Source: Syntrophorhabdaceae bacterium
GTDB taxonomy: Bacteria > Desulfobacterota > Syntrophorhabdia > Syntrophorhabdales > Syntrophorhabdaceae
DNA: 64,000 nucleotides
Assembly (NCBI GenBank): GCA_963666485.2
Contig: CAXXUO010000008.1
Span: forward strand, 64,001 to 128,000
Direction of reading: 5' to 3'
Part shown: piece by piece, positions 31,545 to 41,114 of the stretch
Layout: every line of letters begins with the position of its first letter
Position numbering within the stretch: the stretch's first letter is position 1
Made by a program: the position numbers and the translations under genes
Notes under the pieces: generated by a model
Told to the model about the DNA's origin: nothing
Databases searched by the model: none
The model's input: only the letters and a program-made list of their open reading frames with translations

Positions 31545-32687
31545 CTATATAACTCCCATTCCATTGAGCACTGACAGCATAACCGCCGCTGCCATAACGG
31601 AACCGACCTGCCCGCCTGCATTCGCGCCCATGGCGTGCATGAGGAGATAATTCCTCTTGTTGTATTTCATACCCTCTTTCTGAACAACCCTGGCTGACAT
31701 AGGGAATGCCGAGATGCCGGCCGCACCGATAAGCGGGTTCACCTTACCGCCCGTCACGATGTAAAGGACCTTGCCAAAAAGGATGCCGAAGACCGTGTCG
31801 AGGCATATCGCGAGCAGTCCGAGGATGAGGATGAGGAGTGTCTGAGGTTTGACAAATACCGGGCCGGCCATCGTGGCGCCGATCGATATGCCGAGAAGCA
31901 GGGTAACGATATTGGCGATCTCGTTTTCAGCCGCGCTGCAGAGCCTGCTGACAACGCCCGATTCTTTCATGAGGTTGCCGAGCATGATCGTTGCCAGAAG
32001 CGGAAGGCCCATCGGGGCGATCAGTCCGCCGAGAATGGTTATGACGATCGGGAAGAGCATTTTTGTCGTTTTGGACACCGTCTTCTGGTGTGTCTTCATG
32101 ATGACGACTTTTTCCTTTTTCGTCGTGAGCATTCTCATGATAGGTGGCTGGAGGACCGGAACGAGGGCCATATACGAATATGCCGCGACTGTAACCGGCC
32201 CCAGCAAATGTTGCGCGTATTTCGAGGCCACATATATGACAGTAGGACCGTCACAAGCGCCGATAATACCGATGGTCACAGCGTCCTTATGGGGGAAACC
32301 CAGGGCCAGGGCGAGAAGCAGGGTGATAAATATCCCGAACTGGCCGGCCGCACCCAGAAGGAACGTATAAGGGTTCTCGAGTACCGGGCCGAAGTCCGTC
32401 ATCGCTCCTATGCCGACGAATATGAAAAGCGGAAAGAGCTCCGTGACAACGCCGGCATCATAAAGGATGCGAAGGAAGCCGTCTTTTTCCATAAGCCCGG
32501 CAAGAGGTACATTGACAAGAATACATCCAAACCCGATAGGAACTAAAAGCAACGGCTCGCAATCTTTCTTAATGCCGAGCCATAACAGCAATCCGCCAAT
32601 GATCATCATCACGGGATGCGACCAGTGCAGGTTCGCGAAGCCAGCTATCAACCCATTCAAACCACTCATTACAGAATCAGCAAACAT
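31545..32687 (-). CDS. Na+-translocating decarboxylase beta subunit (OadB/GcdB/MmdB family)
   Basis: EPLLLVPIGFG, GIGAMTDFGP, GIIGACDGPT, AAYSYMALVP, LLMHAMGAN. Confidence 0.95.
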   Translation of the reverse strand: MFADSVMSGLNGLIAGFANLHWSHPVMMIIGGLLLWLGIKKDCEPLLLVPIGFGCILVNVPLAGLMEKDGFLRILYDAGVVTELFPLFIFVGIGAMTDFGPVLENPYTFLLGAAGQFGIFITLLLALALGFPHKDAVTIGIIGACDGPTVIYVASKYAQHLLGPVTVAAYSYMALVPVLQPPIMRMLTTKKEKVVIMKTHQKTVSKTTKMLFPIVITILGGLIAPMGLPLLATIMLGNLMKESGVVSRLCSAAENEIANIVTLLLGISIGATMAGPVFVKPQTLLILILGLLAICLDTVFGILFGKVLYIVTGGKVNPLIGAAGISAFPMSARVVQKEGMKYNKRNYLLMHAMGANAGGQVGSVMAAAVMLSVLNGMGVI

Positions 32688-32705
32688 GCGCTCATCCTCC
32701 CCTGA

Positions 32706-32837
32706 TTATTCTTCGTCTTTTCTATACGGAAAAACTTTTTTAAGGGCAGACATTATGAGGCTAAAGACAATAAGGGTGCAAATCGTTCCGCCCATTCCGA
32801 CAACAACCATCGTAAAGCCAAAGGTCCATTTGTCCAT
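32706..32837 (-). CDS. Na+-translocating decarboxylase small membrane subunit (OadG/GcdD-like), 43 aa, not in ORF track
   Basis: MDKWTFGFTMVVVGMGGTICTLIVFSLIMSALKKVFPYRKDEE*; AGGAGG RBS; directly upstream of beta subunit. Confidence 0.8.
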   Translation of the reverse strand: MDKWTFGFTMVVVGMGGTICTLIVFSLIMSALKKVFPYRKDEE

Positions 32838-33016
32838 GATCTACCTGTCCTCCTGGCTGCATAGTGAGATGTGCTAAAAAAAGCTGAAATTGCTGTAAGA
32901 AATTAGCCCACCATTGAATTATAGTCAAGTGAAATAGTTAACAAAGACGGTGCATGCGGAATTTTTTCTGTTTCTGCTATCTTAGACGGGTGATTTCCGA
33001 GGATTTCCTGTTACTT

Positions 33017-33352
33017 TCAGGAATTCTGGTCAGGAAGCTTTTTTCGCGCTTTATCTATAAAAACGATCCCGATATATATCAGCAGGACCATGGGCACGAA
33101 AAAGAGCCGGAAAGGGATCTTCTCGATCCTCATCTTCTTCGGGTCGAGCCCATTCCCCGGGTTTTCAGTTCCCGTTTTTACCGGCGGGGCAGAAATTTGC
33201 TGATTATTACCCGTTATCCTGATCCCGGTATTATAGAAATTGTCCATGAAACCCTTGTTAATATCGAAACCCGATACGAACGGCAGAGCAAATAACGGTA
33301 TCAAGAGACCGAGGATGATGAGAAAAATGCCTTTTTTCTTCGTATTTTCCAT
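33017..33352 (-). CDS. Small two-TM hypothetical membrane protein
   Basis: Two hydrophobic segments. Confidence 0.65.
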   Translation of the reverse strand: MENTKKKGIFLIILGLLIPLFALPFVSGFDINKGFMDNFYNTGIRITGNNQQISAPPVKTGTENPGNGLDPKKMRIEKIPFRLFFVPMVLLIYIGIVFIDKARKKLPDQNS

Positions 33353-33392
33353 AACCCCCACACTATATCAGGTAAGGAGTGAAAAGAAAAGG

Positions 33393-33482
33393 GTTCCACC
33401 GTTCCACGTTCCACGAAAAAGACGGGCTCAGGTTGATGAAGGGAATTTTTTTACGTGGAACGTGGAACGTGGAACGTGGAAC
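33393..33482. repeat. Inverted heptamer arms GTTCCAC/GTGGAAC
   Basis: 3 and 4 copies. Confidence 0.9.
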
Positions 33483-33490
33483 GGTTTCTT

Positions 33491-33519
33491 TTGACATAGT
33501 TACCTGCAGGGGATAAGAT
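33491..33519 (+). promoter_or_regulatory. Putative sigma70 promoter of ispG
   Basis: TTGACA-17 bp-TAAGAT. Confidence 0.6.
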
Positions 33520-33556
33520 AACCACGACATTCATTAATCCATTCGAGGACAGGGAA

Positions 33557-34618
33557 ATGAAACGGAAAAAAACAAGGCAGATCAAGGTGGGAGGCGTGCC
33601 CATAGGGGGCGGCGCCCCTGTCGTTGTGCAGTCGATGCTGAAGACAAACCCTGAAAATTTCAACGAGACCCTGATACAGACGCGGGAACTCAAAAAAGCG
33701 GGGTGCGAACTCGTGAGGATTGCCCTGCCCCAGGAAGAGACCTGCAAGATCATTCCTTTCCTTAAAAAAGAGGTCGATGTCCCGATCATCGGCGACATAC
33801 ATTTCAACCATAAAATTGCGCTCAAGGCGATGGAGGTCGGGATAGACGGCATCCGGATCAATCCCGGCACTATAAACAACCTGAGAAAGGTAAAAGAGGT
33901 CGCCGTCGTGGCCCGGGACACGCATACGCCGGTGCGGCTCGGGATGAACATCGGGTCGATCGAAAAACGTGTTTTGAAGAATTATTCGCGTCCGAACGCC
34001 GATGCGATGGTCGAAAGCGCGCTCTACCACATCGCGCTTTTCGAAGACATCGGCTGGACGGAGCTCAAGGTCTCCCTCAAGGCATCAGACATACAGGAAA
34101 CCATCACTGCATACAAGAAATTCTCGAAGCGGTCGGATTACCCGCTTCATGTCGGGATAACCGAGGCAGGCCCCGTTTTCTCCGGAGCGATCAAATCCGC
34201 GATCGGGATCGGCATACTTCTCAATGAGGGCATCGGTGATACCATCAGGGTATCGCTTACGGGCAATCCCGTGTTCGAGGTTGTTGCGGGATATCACATC
34301 CTCAGGGGCCTGGGGTTGCGTAAAAGGGGAATCAATATCATCTCCTGCCCCACGTGCGGCCGCACCAAGACGAACCTCGCTCAGATCGTCGAGGAATTCG
34401 AGAACGAGGTCAGTGAATTCGACGCCTACCTCGACGTCGCCATCATGGGCTGCGAGGTGAACGGCCCCGGCGAAGCCCGCGAAGCCGACATAGGCCTCGC
34501 CTTCGGCGCCACAAGCGCAATGCTCTTCAAGAAAGGAAACGTCATCAAGTCGGGGATACCGAAAGAGATGGCCAAAAATATGCTGAAAGAAGAGATCTAT
34601 AATATGATCAATAAATGA
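33557..34618 (+). CDS. ispG: HMBPP synthase (GcpE)
   Basis: RINPG, YPLHVGITEAG, GIGDTIRVSLT, CPTCGR, MGCEVNGPGEA. Confidence 0.97.
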   Translation: MKRKKTRQIKVGGVPIGGGAPVVVQSMLKTNPENFNETLIQTRELKKAGCELVRIALPQEETCKIIPFLKKEVDVPIIGDIHFNHKIALKAMEVGIDGIRINPGTINNLRKVKEVAVVARDTHTPVRLGMNIGSIEKRVLKNYSRPNADAMVESALYHIALFEDIGWTELKVSLKASDIQETITAYKKFSKRSDYPLHVGITEAGPVFSGAIKSAIGIGILLNEGIGDTIRVSLTGNPVFEVVAGYHILRGLGLRKRGINIISCPTCGRTKTNLAQIVEEFENEVSEFDAYLDVAIMGCEVNGPGEAREADIGLAFGATSAMLFKKGNVIKSGIPKEMAKNMLKEEIYNMINK

Positions 34619-34620
34619 TC

Positions 34621-34732
34621 GTTCAAAGTTCAAGGTTCAAGGTTGTAGTACTGGGTTGGCAAATGAATTCAATTTGTTGGGGGTAGGTGTTTTTGGTTTT
34701 TAACCTTGAACTTTGAACCTTGAACTTTGAAC
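34621..34732. repeat. Inverted heptamer arms GTTCAAR/YTTGAAC
   Basis: Between convergent ispG and phosphotransferase genes. Confidence 0.88.
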
Positions 34733-34736
34733 CTTT

Positions 34737-35324
34737 TTATCTTTCGTTGCTTCTCTTCCACACATGCACCACCCTCTGAACCACGGTAACGTGCGTCAGC
34801 ACGGCTAAGATAATTACAACATAATTGAGAAGAAGCGGGATGAAAAGGCCGATAAGAACGAGGACGATCCTTTCCGGGCGTTCGAGGAGGCCGGTTTTGC
34901 ATTGGATGGCTGCGGCTTCGGCGCGGGCGCGGGCGTAGGGTATGAGGGCCGTGCCGATGACGGCAATGAAAGCGGCCAGCGCCAGATATGGCTCGTTATG
35001 ACGGACGTATACCAGCATGATCGCTCCCGTGACCGTGAGGTCCGTGTATCGGTCGAGGACCGAATCGAGGAAACCTCCAAATTGAGTTACCCGGCCCTGC
35101 GTGCGGGCGAGGGCCCCGTCAAGGATGTCGAGAAAACCGGCGACAAGAAGGGCTATGGCGCCAAGAGCGGGATGTTCGAAATAGACGAGGAATGCACAGA
35201 GGAAGCCGAAAAGAGTGCCCGTTATGGTGATCATATTCGGTGAGATGGCCTTGCTTCTGAAGACGAAGCGGCATAAGGAAACAGCCACGGGGTCGAGCCG
35301 GTGACCGATCTTTGGGCCAATCAC
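34737..35324 (-). CDS. CDP-alcohol phosphatidyltransferase (PIP/archaetidylinositol-phosphate synthase-like)
   Basis: DILDGALAR...GGFLDSVLDR; YARARAE; GLLERPER. Confidence 0.9.
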   Translation of the reverse strand: MIGPKIGHRLDPVAVSLCRFVFRSKAISPNMITITGTLFGFLCAFLVYFEHPALGAIALLVAGFLDILDGALARTQGRVTQFGGFLDSVLDRYTDLTVTGAIMLVYVRHNEPYLALAAFIAVIGTALIPYARARAEAAAIQCKTGLLERPERIVLVLIGLFIPLLLNYVVIILAVLTHVTVVQRVVHVWKRSNER

Positions 35325-35334
35325 GTACGGCTCC

Positions 35335-36426
35335 CTACCGGGATCTTTCGCCCCGGATAAACTCCTCGACCATGGCGCGGGCCGCCTCGTCGGGGAATTG
35401 CCTGATCGGGTGCTTCATCGTGTACGCGGATATCGATTCCAGGACACCTGCGATGCCCCTGTCGCGCGCGACCTTGCAGCAGCGTACCGCATCTATGATG
35501 ACCCCTCCGCTGTTCGGCGAGTCTTCGACGGAGAGCCTCAGTTCGCAGTTGATCGGGATGTCACCGAATATCCTTCCCTCGAGGCGCATGAAACAGACCT
35601 TGTTGTCTTTCTGCCAGGGAACGTAATCGGACGGGCCGATGTGTATATTGTCCGCAGGGATCGGCACGTCGATGTTCGACTGTACCGCCTCGGTTTTGGA
35701 TATCTTCTTCGATGTCAGCCGTTCCCGGTTGAGCATGTTGAGGAAATCGGTGTTGCCCCCGGTGTTGAGCTGGTACGTATTGTCAAGTTTTACGCCGCGG
35801 TCGTTGAAGAGCTTGGCGAGCGTCCGGTGGATAATGGTGGCCCCGATCTGGGATTTCACATCATCGCCGATGACCGGTATGCCCTTTTCTTCGAACCGTT
35901 TTGCCCATGACGGGTCTGAGGCTATGAAGACGGGGATGCAGTTGATGAGGCTTACGCCTTTTTCGAGACAGGCTTCCGCGTAGAAACGCGCGGCCTTTTC
36001 GGACCCGACCGGAAGATAATTGAGAAGGATATCGACTTTTTTATCCTCGAGCACGGCCGCTACATTGACAGGTTCCGCACGGGAAATGACGAACGTGCGC
36101 TCGTCCGGGTACTGCTGCATGTGGGGCGCCACGCCGTCGAGAACATTGCCCATCGATACGGAAACACCGGTAGCCGGGATGTTGGGTTCGATCGTCTTTG
36201 TGCAGTTGGGCGCCGCGAATATGGCCTCCTCGAGAGGCCTGCCCACCTTGCGCTCGTCGATATCAAAAGCCGCCACGATCCTGATATCGCCGGGTGCGTA
36301 CCCGCAGATGTCATGATGCATAAGGCCTATCGATTCCCGGCTTTGCCGGGCATAATAGAAGATACCCTGTATCAGCGAGCTAGCGCAGTTCCCCACACCG
36401 GCAATAGCAACACGAATTTCAGGCAT
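35335..36426 (-). CDS. ino1: myo-inositol-1-phosphate synthase
   Basis: GVGNCASSLIQG, NYLPVGS, GDDVKSQIGAT, GGNTDFLNM, EDSPNSGG. Confidence 0.95.
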   Translation of the reverse strand: MPEIRVAIAGVGNCASSLIQGIFYYARQSRESIGLMHHDICGYAPGDIRIVAAFDIDERKVGRPLEEAIFAAPNCTKTIEPNIPATGVSVSMGNVLDGVAPHMQQYPDERTFVISRAEPVNVAAVLEDKKVDILLNYLPVGSEKAARFYAEACLEKGVSLINCIPVFIASDPSWAKRFEEKGIPVIGDDVKSQIGATIIHRTLAKLFNDRGVKLDNTYQLNTGGNTDFLNMLNRERLTSKKISKTEAVQSNIDVPIPADNIHIGPSDYVPWQKDNKVCFMRLEGRIFGDIPINCELRLSVEDSPNSGGVIIDAVRCCKVARDRGIAGVLESISAYTMKHPIRQFPDEAARAMVEEFIRGERSR

Positions 36427-36490
36427 TGCATCTCCTTATATCGATCGTTCTTTCAGGAATATATGTCCTGACGCCCTAAAAAGACAGGAC

Positions 36491-37063
36491 TCACCGCCTG
36501 TAGCGTTCTGTACCGGCCTCGTAGAGATCGTTCCCGAAAATGTCATTAATGACGAAAAGCGGCATGTCCTTCACCTTAAGCCTCACAACCGCTTCCGGGC
36601 CAAGGTCCTCATAGGCAATGACATCCGCAGCGACAACCGTACGTGCCAGAAGCGCGCCGGCCCCTCCCGTCGCCCCGAAGTAAACTGCCTTATGTTCTTT
36701 CAGCGCATTCTTTACCGCTTCCGAGCGCTTACCCTTTCCTATCATACCCTTCAAACCGAGAGATATCAACCCCGGCGCATAAGAATCCATACGGGAACTG
36801 GTCGTGGGGCCGCAGGACCCGATGACACTTCCGGGGGGAGCGGGAGCAGGGCCGCAATAATAAATGACCTGCCCCGTGATGTCGAACGGCAACTCACCGC
36901 CCGATGCTATCGTCTCCGAGAACCTCTTATGCGCCGCATCCCGGGCAGTGTAGATGAAGCCGGACAGGAGGACCTTGTCCCCGGCCCTGAGCGTACCGAT
37001 ACGGTCGTCAGCAAGCGGCGTCTCTATTCTTTTTATCGCGTCGTTTCCGGCTGCGCCCGTCAT
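36491..37063 (-). CDS. Fe-S hydro-lyase (class I fumarate hydratase) beta subunit
   Basis: YTARDAAHKR, GPTTSSRMD, MIGKG. Confidence 0.92.
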   Translation of the reverse strand: MTGAAGNDAIKRIETPLADDRIGTLRAGDKVLLSGFIYTARDAAHKRFSETIASGGELPFDITGQVIYYCGPAPAPPGSVIGSCGPTTSSRMDSYAPGLISLGLKGMIGKGKRSEAVKNALKEHKAVYFGATGGAGALLARTVVAADVIAYEDLGPEAVVRLKVKDMPLFVINDIFGNDLYEAGTERYRR

Positions 37064-37899
37064 AGGACCGCCTCCTTGATCCTGTGAGCGTGGCACTGGA
37101 TATTGACGGCCACAGGCAATGACGCAAGATGGCAGGGCGCCATCTTTATGTGAACATCGAGCGCGGTCACGGTGCCTCCGTACCCCTGCGCACCGATGCC
37201 CGTCTTGTTTATCTCGTCGAGCATCTCTCTTTCCAGGTCCGCCATCTCCCTGTCAGGGTTTCGCTCACCGGGAGGCACCATGAGCGCCTCCTTGGACAGC
37301 AGGGCCGACATTTCAAAATTCCCGCCTATCCCCACGCCTACCGTGATCGGGGGACAGGGGTTCGGGCCGCCTTTGCGGACCATGTCGAGGATAAACGCCT
37401 TGACGCCCTCTCTTCCCTGGGAAGGTGTGAGCATACGGACCTCGCCGTAATTTTCGCTCCCGCCTCCCTTCGGCAGGACGGTGATCTTCAGTTTGTCCCC
37501 GGGAACGATCTTCGTGTGAATGATGGGCGGCGTATTGTCCCCGGTATTCTTGCGCGTAAAAGGATGGCAGCATGATTTCCTCAAGAAACCGTTGCGGTAC
37601 GCCCGGCGGACGCCTTCCGCGACGGCGTCGCCAAGGTCGCCGCCCGTGATGTGCACATCCTGCCCTATTTCGAGAAACGTTACGGCGAGCCCCGTATCCT
37701 GGCAGATGGGCATGCGTTCTTCGCGTGCAACATCGGCATTCCTGAGCAATTCCCGGAGCACTTCCTGTGCGACGGGTGATTCCTCCCTGTCGATAGCATT
37801 CCTGATAGCGTCTCGCATATTCTCGGAAAGGTTTAGATTGGCATCGATGAACAGGCGTTCTATCGTTGATATAATATCGTCGGTATGGATCTCGCGCAT
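37060..37899 (-). CDS. Fe-S hydro-lyase (class I fumarate hydratase) alpha subunit
   Basis: PICQDTG, KGGGSEN, NPCPP, CHLASLPVAVNIQCHA. Confidence 0.92.
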   Translation of the reverse strand: MREIHTDDIISTIERLFIDANLNLSENMRDAIRNAIDREESPVAQEVLRELLRNADVAREERMPICQDTGLAVTFLEIGQDVHITGGDLGDAVAEGVRRAYRNGFLRKSCCHPFTRKNTGDNTPPIIHTKIVPGDKLKITVLPKGGGSENYGEVRMLTPSQGREGVKAFILDMVRKGGPNPCPPITVGVGIGGNFEMSALLSKEALMVPPGERNPDREMADLEREMLDEINKTGIGAQGYGGTVTALDVHIKMAPCHLASLPVAVNIQCHAHRIKEAVL

Positions 37900-37913
37900 T
37901 GCCGGTGTGCCCC

Positions 37914-39284
37914 TTATTCTTCGTACGGGGCTATAATGCCCTTCTCCATGAGCAGCCCCACTTCGTCCTGGGCCCTGCGTATCTTGGTAACGGCCATATT
38001 GTAGAGTTCCTTTTCATCTATCGTCAGACGCGCCACTCCCTGCTTCATTGCCATTTTCGCAACGGCTACCGCCTCGCGCGGGAAGACCTCCCATTCACTC
38101 ATCGTCGGAAGCAGGTGGTCCTCGTCGAGCCCTTTGTCCTCGGCGAACCGGGCAAGCTCATATGCGGCCGCGATACACATCTGGTCGGTGATCGTGCGCG
38201 CCATGACGTCGAGGGTACCCCGGAAGATGGCAGGAAAACCGACCGAATTGTTTACCTGGTTCGGAAAATCGCTTCTGCCCGTCGCCACGATCCGCGCTCC
38301 CGCCTCTTTCGCATCCCACGGCCACATCTCGGGTATCGGGTTCGCACAGACGAACACGATAGCGTTGTCGGCCATCGACGCGACCCAGTCTTTCTGAATC
38401 ACGTCGGGCCCCGATTGCGACAGGGCGATCAGGACGTCCTGCCCTTTGAGCGCCGCGGCCGTGTCCCCGTCACGATCTTCCCCGTTCGTCGTCTGCGCGA
38501 GCTCGAGCTTTTCCTTGTAGTTTGGCTTTATATCATCGCGTTTGCGGTTGAGTATGCCCTTGCTGTCGACGACGATGATCTTCTTCGGGTCGGCGCCCGC
38601 CTTGATGAGCATACGCACGATGCAGACGTTCGCGGCCCCGATGCCGATCATCGTGATCTTCGCGTCTTCGATCTTCTTGCCCACGATCTTGAGCGCATTG
38701 ACGAGGCCCGCCAGCGTCACGGCAGCGGTCCCCTGCTGGTCGTCGTGCCACACGGGTATCGGCGATTCCGCCCGCAATTTTTCAAGGATATAGAAACATT
38801 TAGGGTTTTCAATGTCTTCAAGATTGATCCCGCCGAACACGGGGGCGATCAGTTTAACCGTCCGTATGATCTCATCGGGGTCCTTCGTATCGAGGCATAT
38901 CGGGAAGGCATCCACGCCGCCAAGATATTTGAAAAGAAGAGCTTTCCCTTCCATGACGGGCAGTCCGGCCATGGGGCCGATATCGCCTAAGCCCAGGACC
39001 CGCGTTCCGTCACTGACGATGCCGACAGTGTTTCCCTTGTTCGTATATTCAAAGACCTTTTCGGGGTTCTTATTGATCTCTTTGCACGGTTCCGCGACGC
39101 CCGGGGTATACCATATGGCGAAATCATTGATGTCCCTTATGACGCACTTCGGTACCATCTCTATCTTTCCCTTGTAAAAGGGGTGCATTTTCATGGCATC
39201 AAGCGCCGGTTTCCGCGCTTTTTCAAGTAATACTTCCTTAGTGACCCTTTCGTCGCTCACGACACGCCTCCATTCATTTTGCAC
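37914..39284 (-). CDS. NAD(P)-dependent malic enzyme
   Basis: YTPGVAEPC, DGTRVLGLG, NLEDI, HDDQQGTA, TGRSDFPNQVNN. Confidence 0.95.
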   Translation of the reverse strand: MQNEWRRVVSDERVTKEVLLEKARKPALDAMKMHPFYKGKIEMVPKCVIRDINDFAIWYTPGVAEPCKEINKNPEKVFEYTNKGNTVGIVSDGTRVLGLGDIGPMAGLPVMEGKALLFKYLGGVDAFPICLDTKDPDEIIRTVKLIAPVFGGINLEDIENPKCFYILEKLRAESPIPVWHDDQQGTAAVTLAGLVNALKIVGKKIEDAKITMIGIGAANVCIVRMLIKAGADPKKIIVVDSKGILNRKRDDIKPNYKEKLELAQTTNGEDRDGDTAAALKGQDVLIALSQSGPDVIQKDWVASMADNAIVFVCANPIPEMWPWDAKEAGARIVATGRSDFPNQVNNSVGFPAIFRGTLDVMARTITDQMCIAAAYELARFAEDKGLDEDHLLPTMSEWEVFPREAVAVAKMAMKQGVARLTIDEKELYNMAVTKIRRAQDEVGLLMEKGIIAPYEE

Positions 39285-39311
39285 TTGTGTCCAACATTTT
39301 ATTATAAAGAC

Positions 39312-39396
39312 AGTAAGGAGTAAAGAGTAAGGAGTGAGGAGATAAAAACCCGTCCGATAATTTACTTCTCCTTACTCCTTACTCCTCACTCCTTAC
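39312..39396. repeat. Inverted heptamer arms GTAAGGA/TCCTTAC
   Basis: About 4 copies per arm between divergent malic enzyme and tRNA. Confidence 0.88.
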
Positions 39397-39405
39397 TTTC
39401 ATTCA

Positions 39406-39434
39406 TTGACAATGGGCGTAAAATTGTTTATTTT
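39406..39434 (+). promoter_or_regulatory. Putative sigma70 promoter of the tRNA
   Basis: TTGACA-17 bp-TATTTT. Confidence 0.5.
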
Positions 39435-39445
39435 ATTGGAAAATT

Positions 39446-39518
39446 GGGCCCATAGCTCAGCTGGAAGAGCCACCGGCTCATAACCGGTAGGTCCTTGGTT
39501 CGAACCCAAGTGGGCCCA
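39446..39518 (+). tRNA. tRNA with CAT anticodon, probably tRNA-Ile2 (lysidine) rather than Met; CCA not encoded
   Basis: GGGCCCA/TGGGCCC acceptor stem, ACCGG-CTCATAA-CCGGT anticodon arm, GGTTCGAACCC T-arm; no fMet C1:A72 mismatch. Confidence 0.93.
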
Positions 39519-39571
39519 TTGAAAATGCATATGGTGAAAAAATTTCTCATAGAACCGGATATCGACTAACG

Positions 39572-39610
39572 AAGAGGGGGTGTACCAACGGGTACACCCC
39601 CTCTCATTTT
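39572..39610 (+). terminator. Hairpin downstream of tRNA
   Basis: GAGGGGGTGTACC-AACG-GGTACACCCCCTC followed by a T-run. Confidence 0.7.
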
Positions 39611-39623
39611 TGGAGGAAATACT

Positions 39624-40334
39624 TTGGAGCGGGAACTCGAAACTCTTTTTGAAGCTCAGAAAATTGAAACCCAGATAATGGAAGGTGAACAGAAACTGCT
39701 TCAGGCGCCGAGACGCCTCAAACAAATGGAAGAAGAACTGCTCGCGGTCCAACAAAAGATCGACAGGGAGAAGGAAATAATCGACGAACTCGAAAAGGAA
39801 AGGCGCAAGAAAGAAAAAGAGCTCGAGGTAGACAAGGAAAAGATAAAGAAGCTCGAGGTACGGCTCTATGATGTAAAGACCAACAAGGAATACCAGGCCC
39901 TTTTAAAGGAGATCGAGGCAGCGAAAGAAGTCAACGACCGTACCGAGGAAGATGTTCTCGTCCTCATGGAAAAGGTGGAAGATCTCAAAAAGGATTACGA
40001 AAGTTCGCACGTCCATCTCAAAGAGATCGAAAAAGAATCCGAGGTAGAAAGGGCAATTATCGAGAAAGAAGTAAAGTCCATGGATGAGATCATTGAAAGG
40101 CTCAGCCAGGAGAGGGACAACCTTCTTTCCATTGTCAGCGAAAATTTACGGAACATTTACGGCATTCTCAAAGAAAGGCGCGGAGGCATCGCAGTCACTA
40201 ACGTCAGGAACGGTGTGTGCCTTGGCTGCAATATGAACATCCCGCCGCAGCTTTTTATCGAAGTAACGAAAAACAAGCAGCTCATTCAGTGCCCGAGCTG
40301 CAACCGCATACTCTTTTTCAGAGAAAACGATTGA
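39624..40334 (+). CDS. Coiled-coil C4-type zinc ribbon protein (DUF164/CT398-like)
   Basis: KTNKEYQALLKEIE; CLGC...CPSCNRIL. Confidence 0.9.
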   Translation: MERELETLFEAQKIETQIMEGEQKLLQAPRRLKQMEEELLAVQQKIDREKEIIDELEKERRKKEKELEVDKEKIKKLEVRLYDVKTNKEYQALLKEIEAAKEVNDRTEEDVLVLMEKVEDLKKDYESSHVHLKEIEKESEVERAIIEKEVKSMDEIIERLSQERDNLLSIVSENLRNIYGILKERRGGIAVTNVRNGVCLGCNMNIPPQLFIEVTKNKQLIQCPSCNRILFFREND

Positions 40335-40722
40335 TGCACTGGCATATCAATGTCGACGGTGCATCGTCGGGCAACCCCGGAAAGTCAGGCGCGGGGATCA
40401 TTGCGCGTGACGGCGACGGGAAGATCGTCCTGTCAAAAAGCATCTTCCTCGGAGAGATGACCAACAATATGGCCGAGTACGAGGCTCTGCTCATCGCCCT
40501 TACCGACGCGGCCGCATATTCCGTAAAAGATGTCACTGTCTACACGGACTCGCAGCTGGTCGCCAACCAGGTCAACGGGCTGTATAAGATCAAGAACATG
40601 GTCCTCTTTCAGTATGTGAAAAAAATAAAACAAACCATAAGCAATTTCGATCATTTTGCGATACACTATATTCCGCGGGAACAAAATCGGGAAGCCGATA
40701 AACTTGCGAAGGATGCCATATT

Positions 40723-40732
<10 letters not shown>
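40334..40732 (+). CDS. rnhA: Ribonuclease HI family protein
   Basis: VDGASSGNPG, TNNMAEYEAL, DSQLV, IPREQNREADKLA; TGATG coupling gives start 40334. Confidence 0.9.
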
Positions 40733-41085
<353 letters not shown>

Positions 41086-41114
41086 AATATGACCATCCCC
41101 CTTCACGAGCCTAT

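Noticed and set aside
39446..39620. tRNA as integration site of an island or prophage
   Set aside because: No integrase and no duplicated tRNA 3' end seen; downstream genes are housekeeping.
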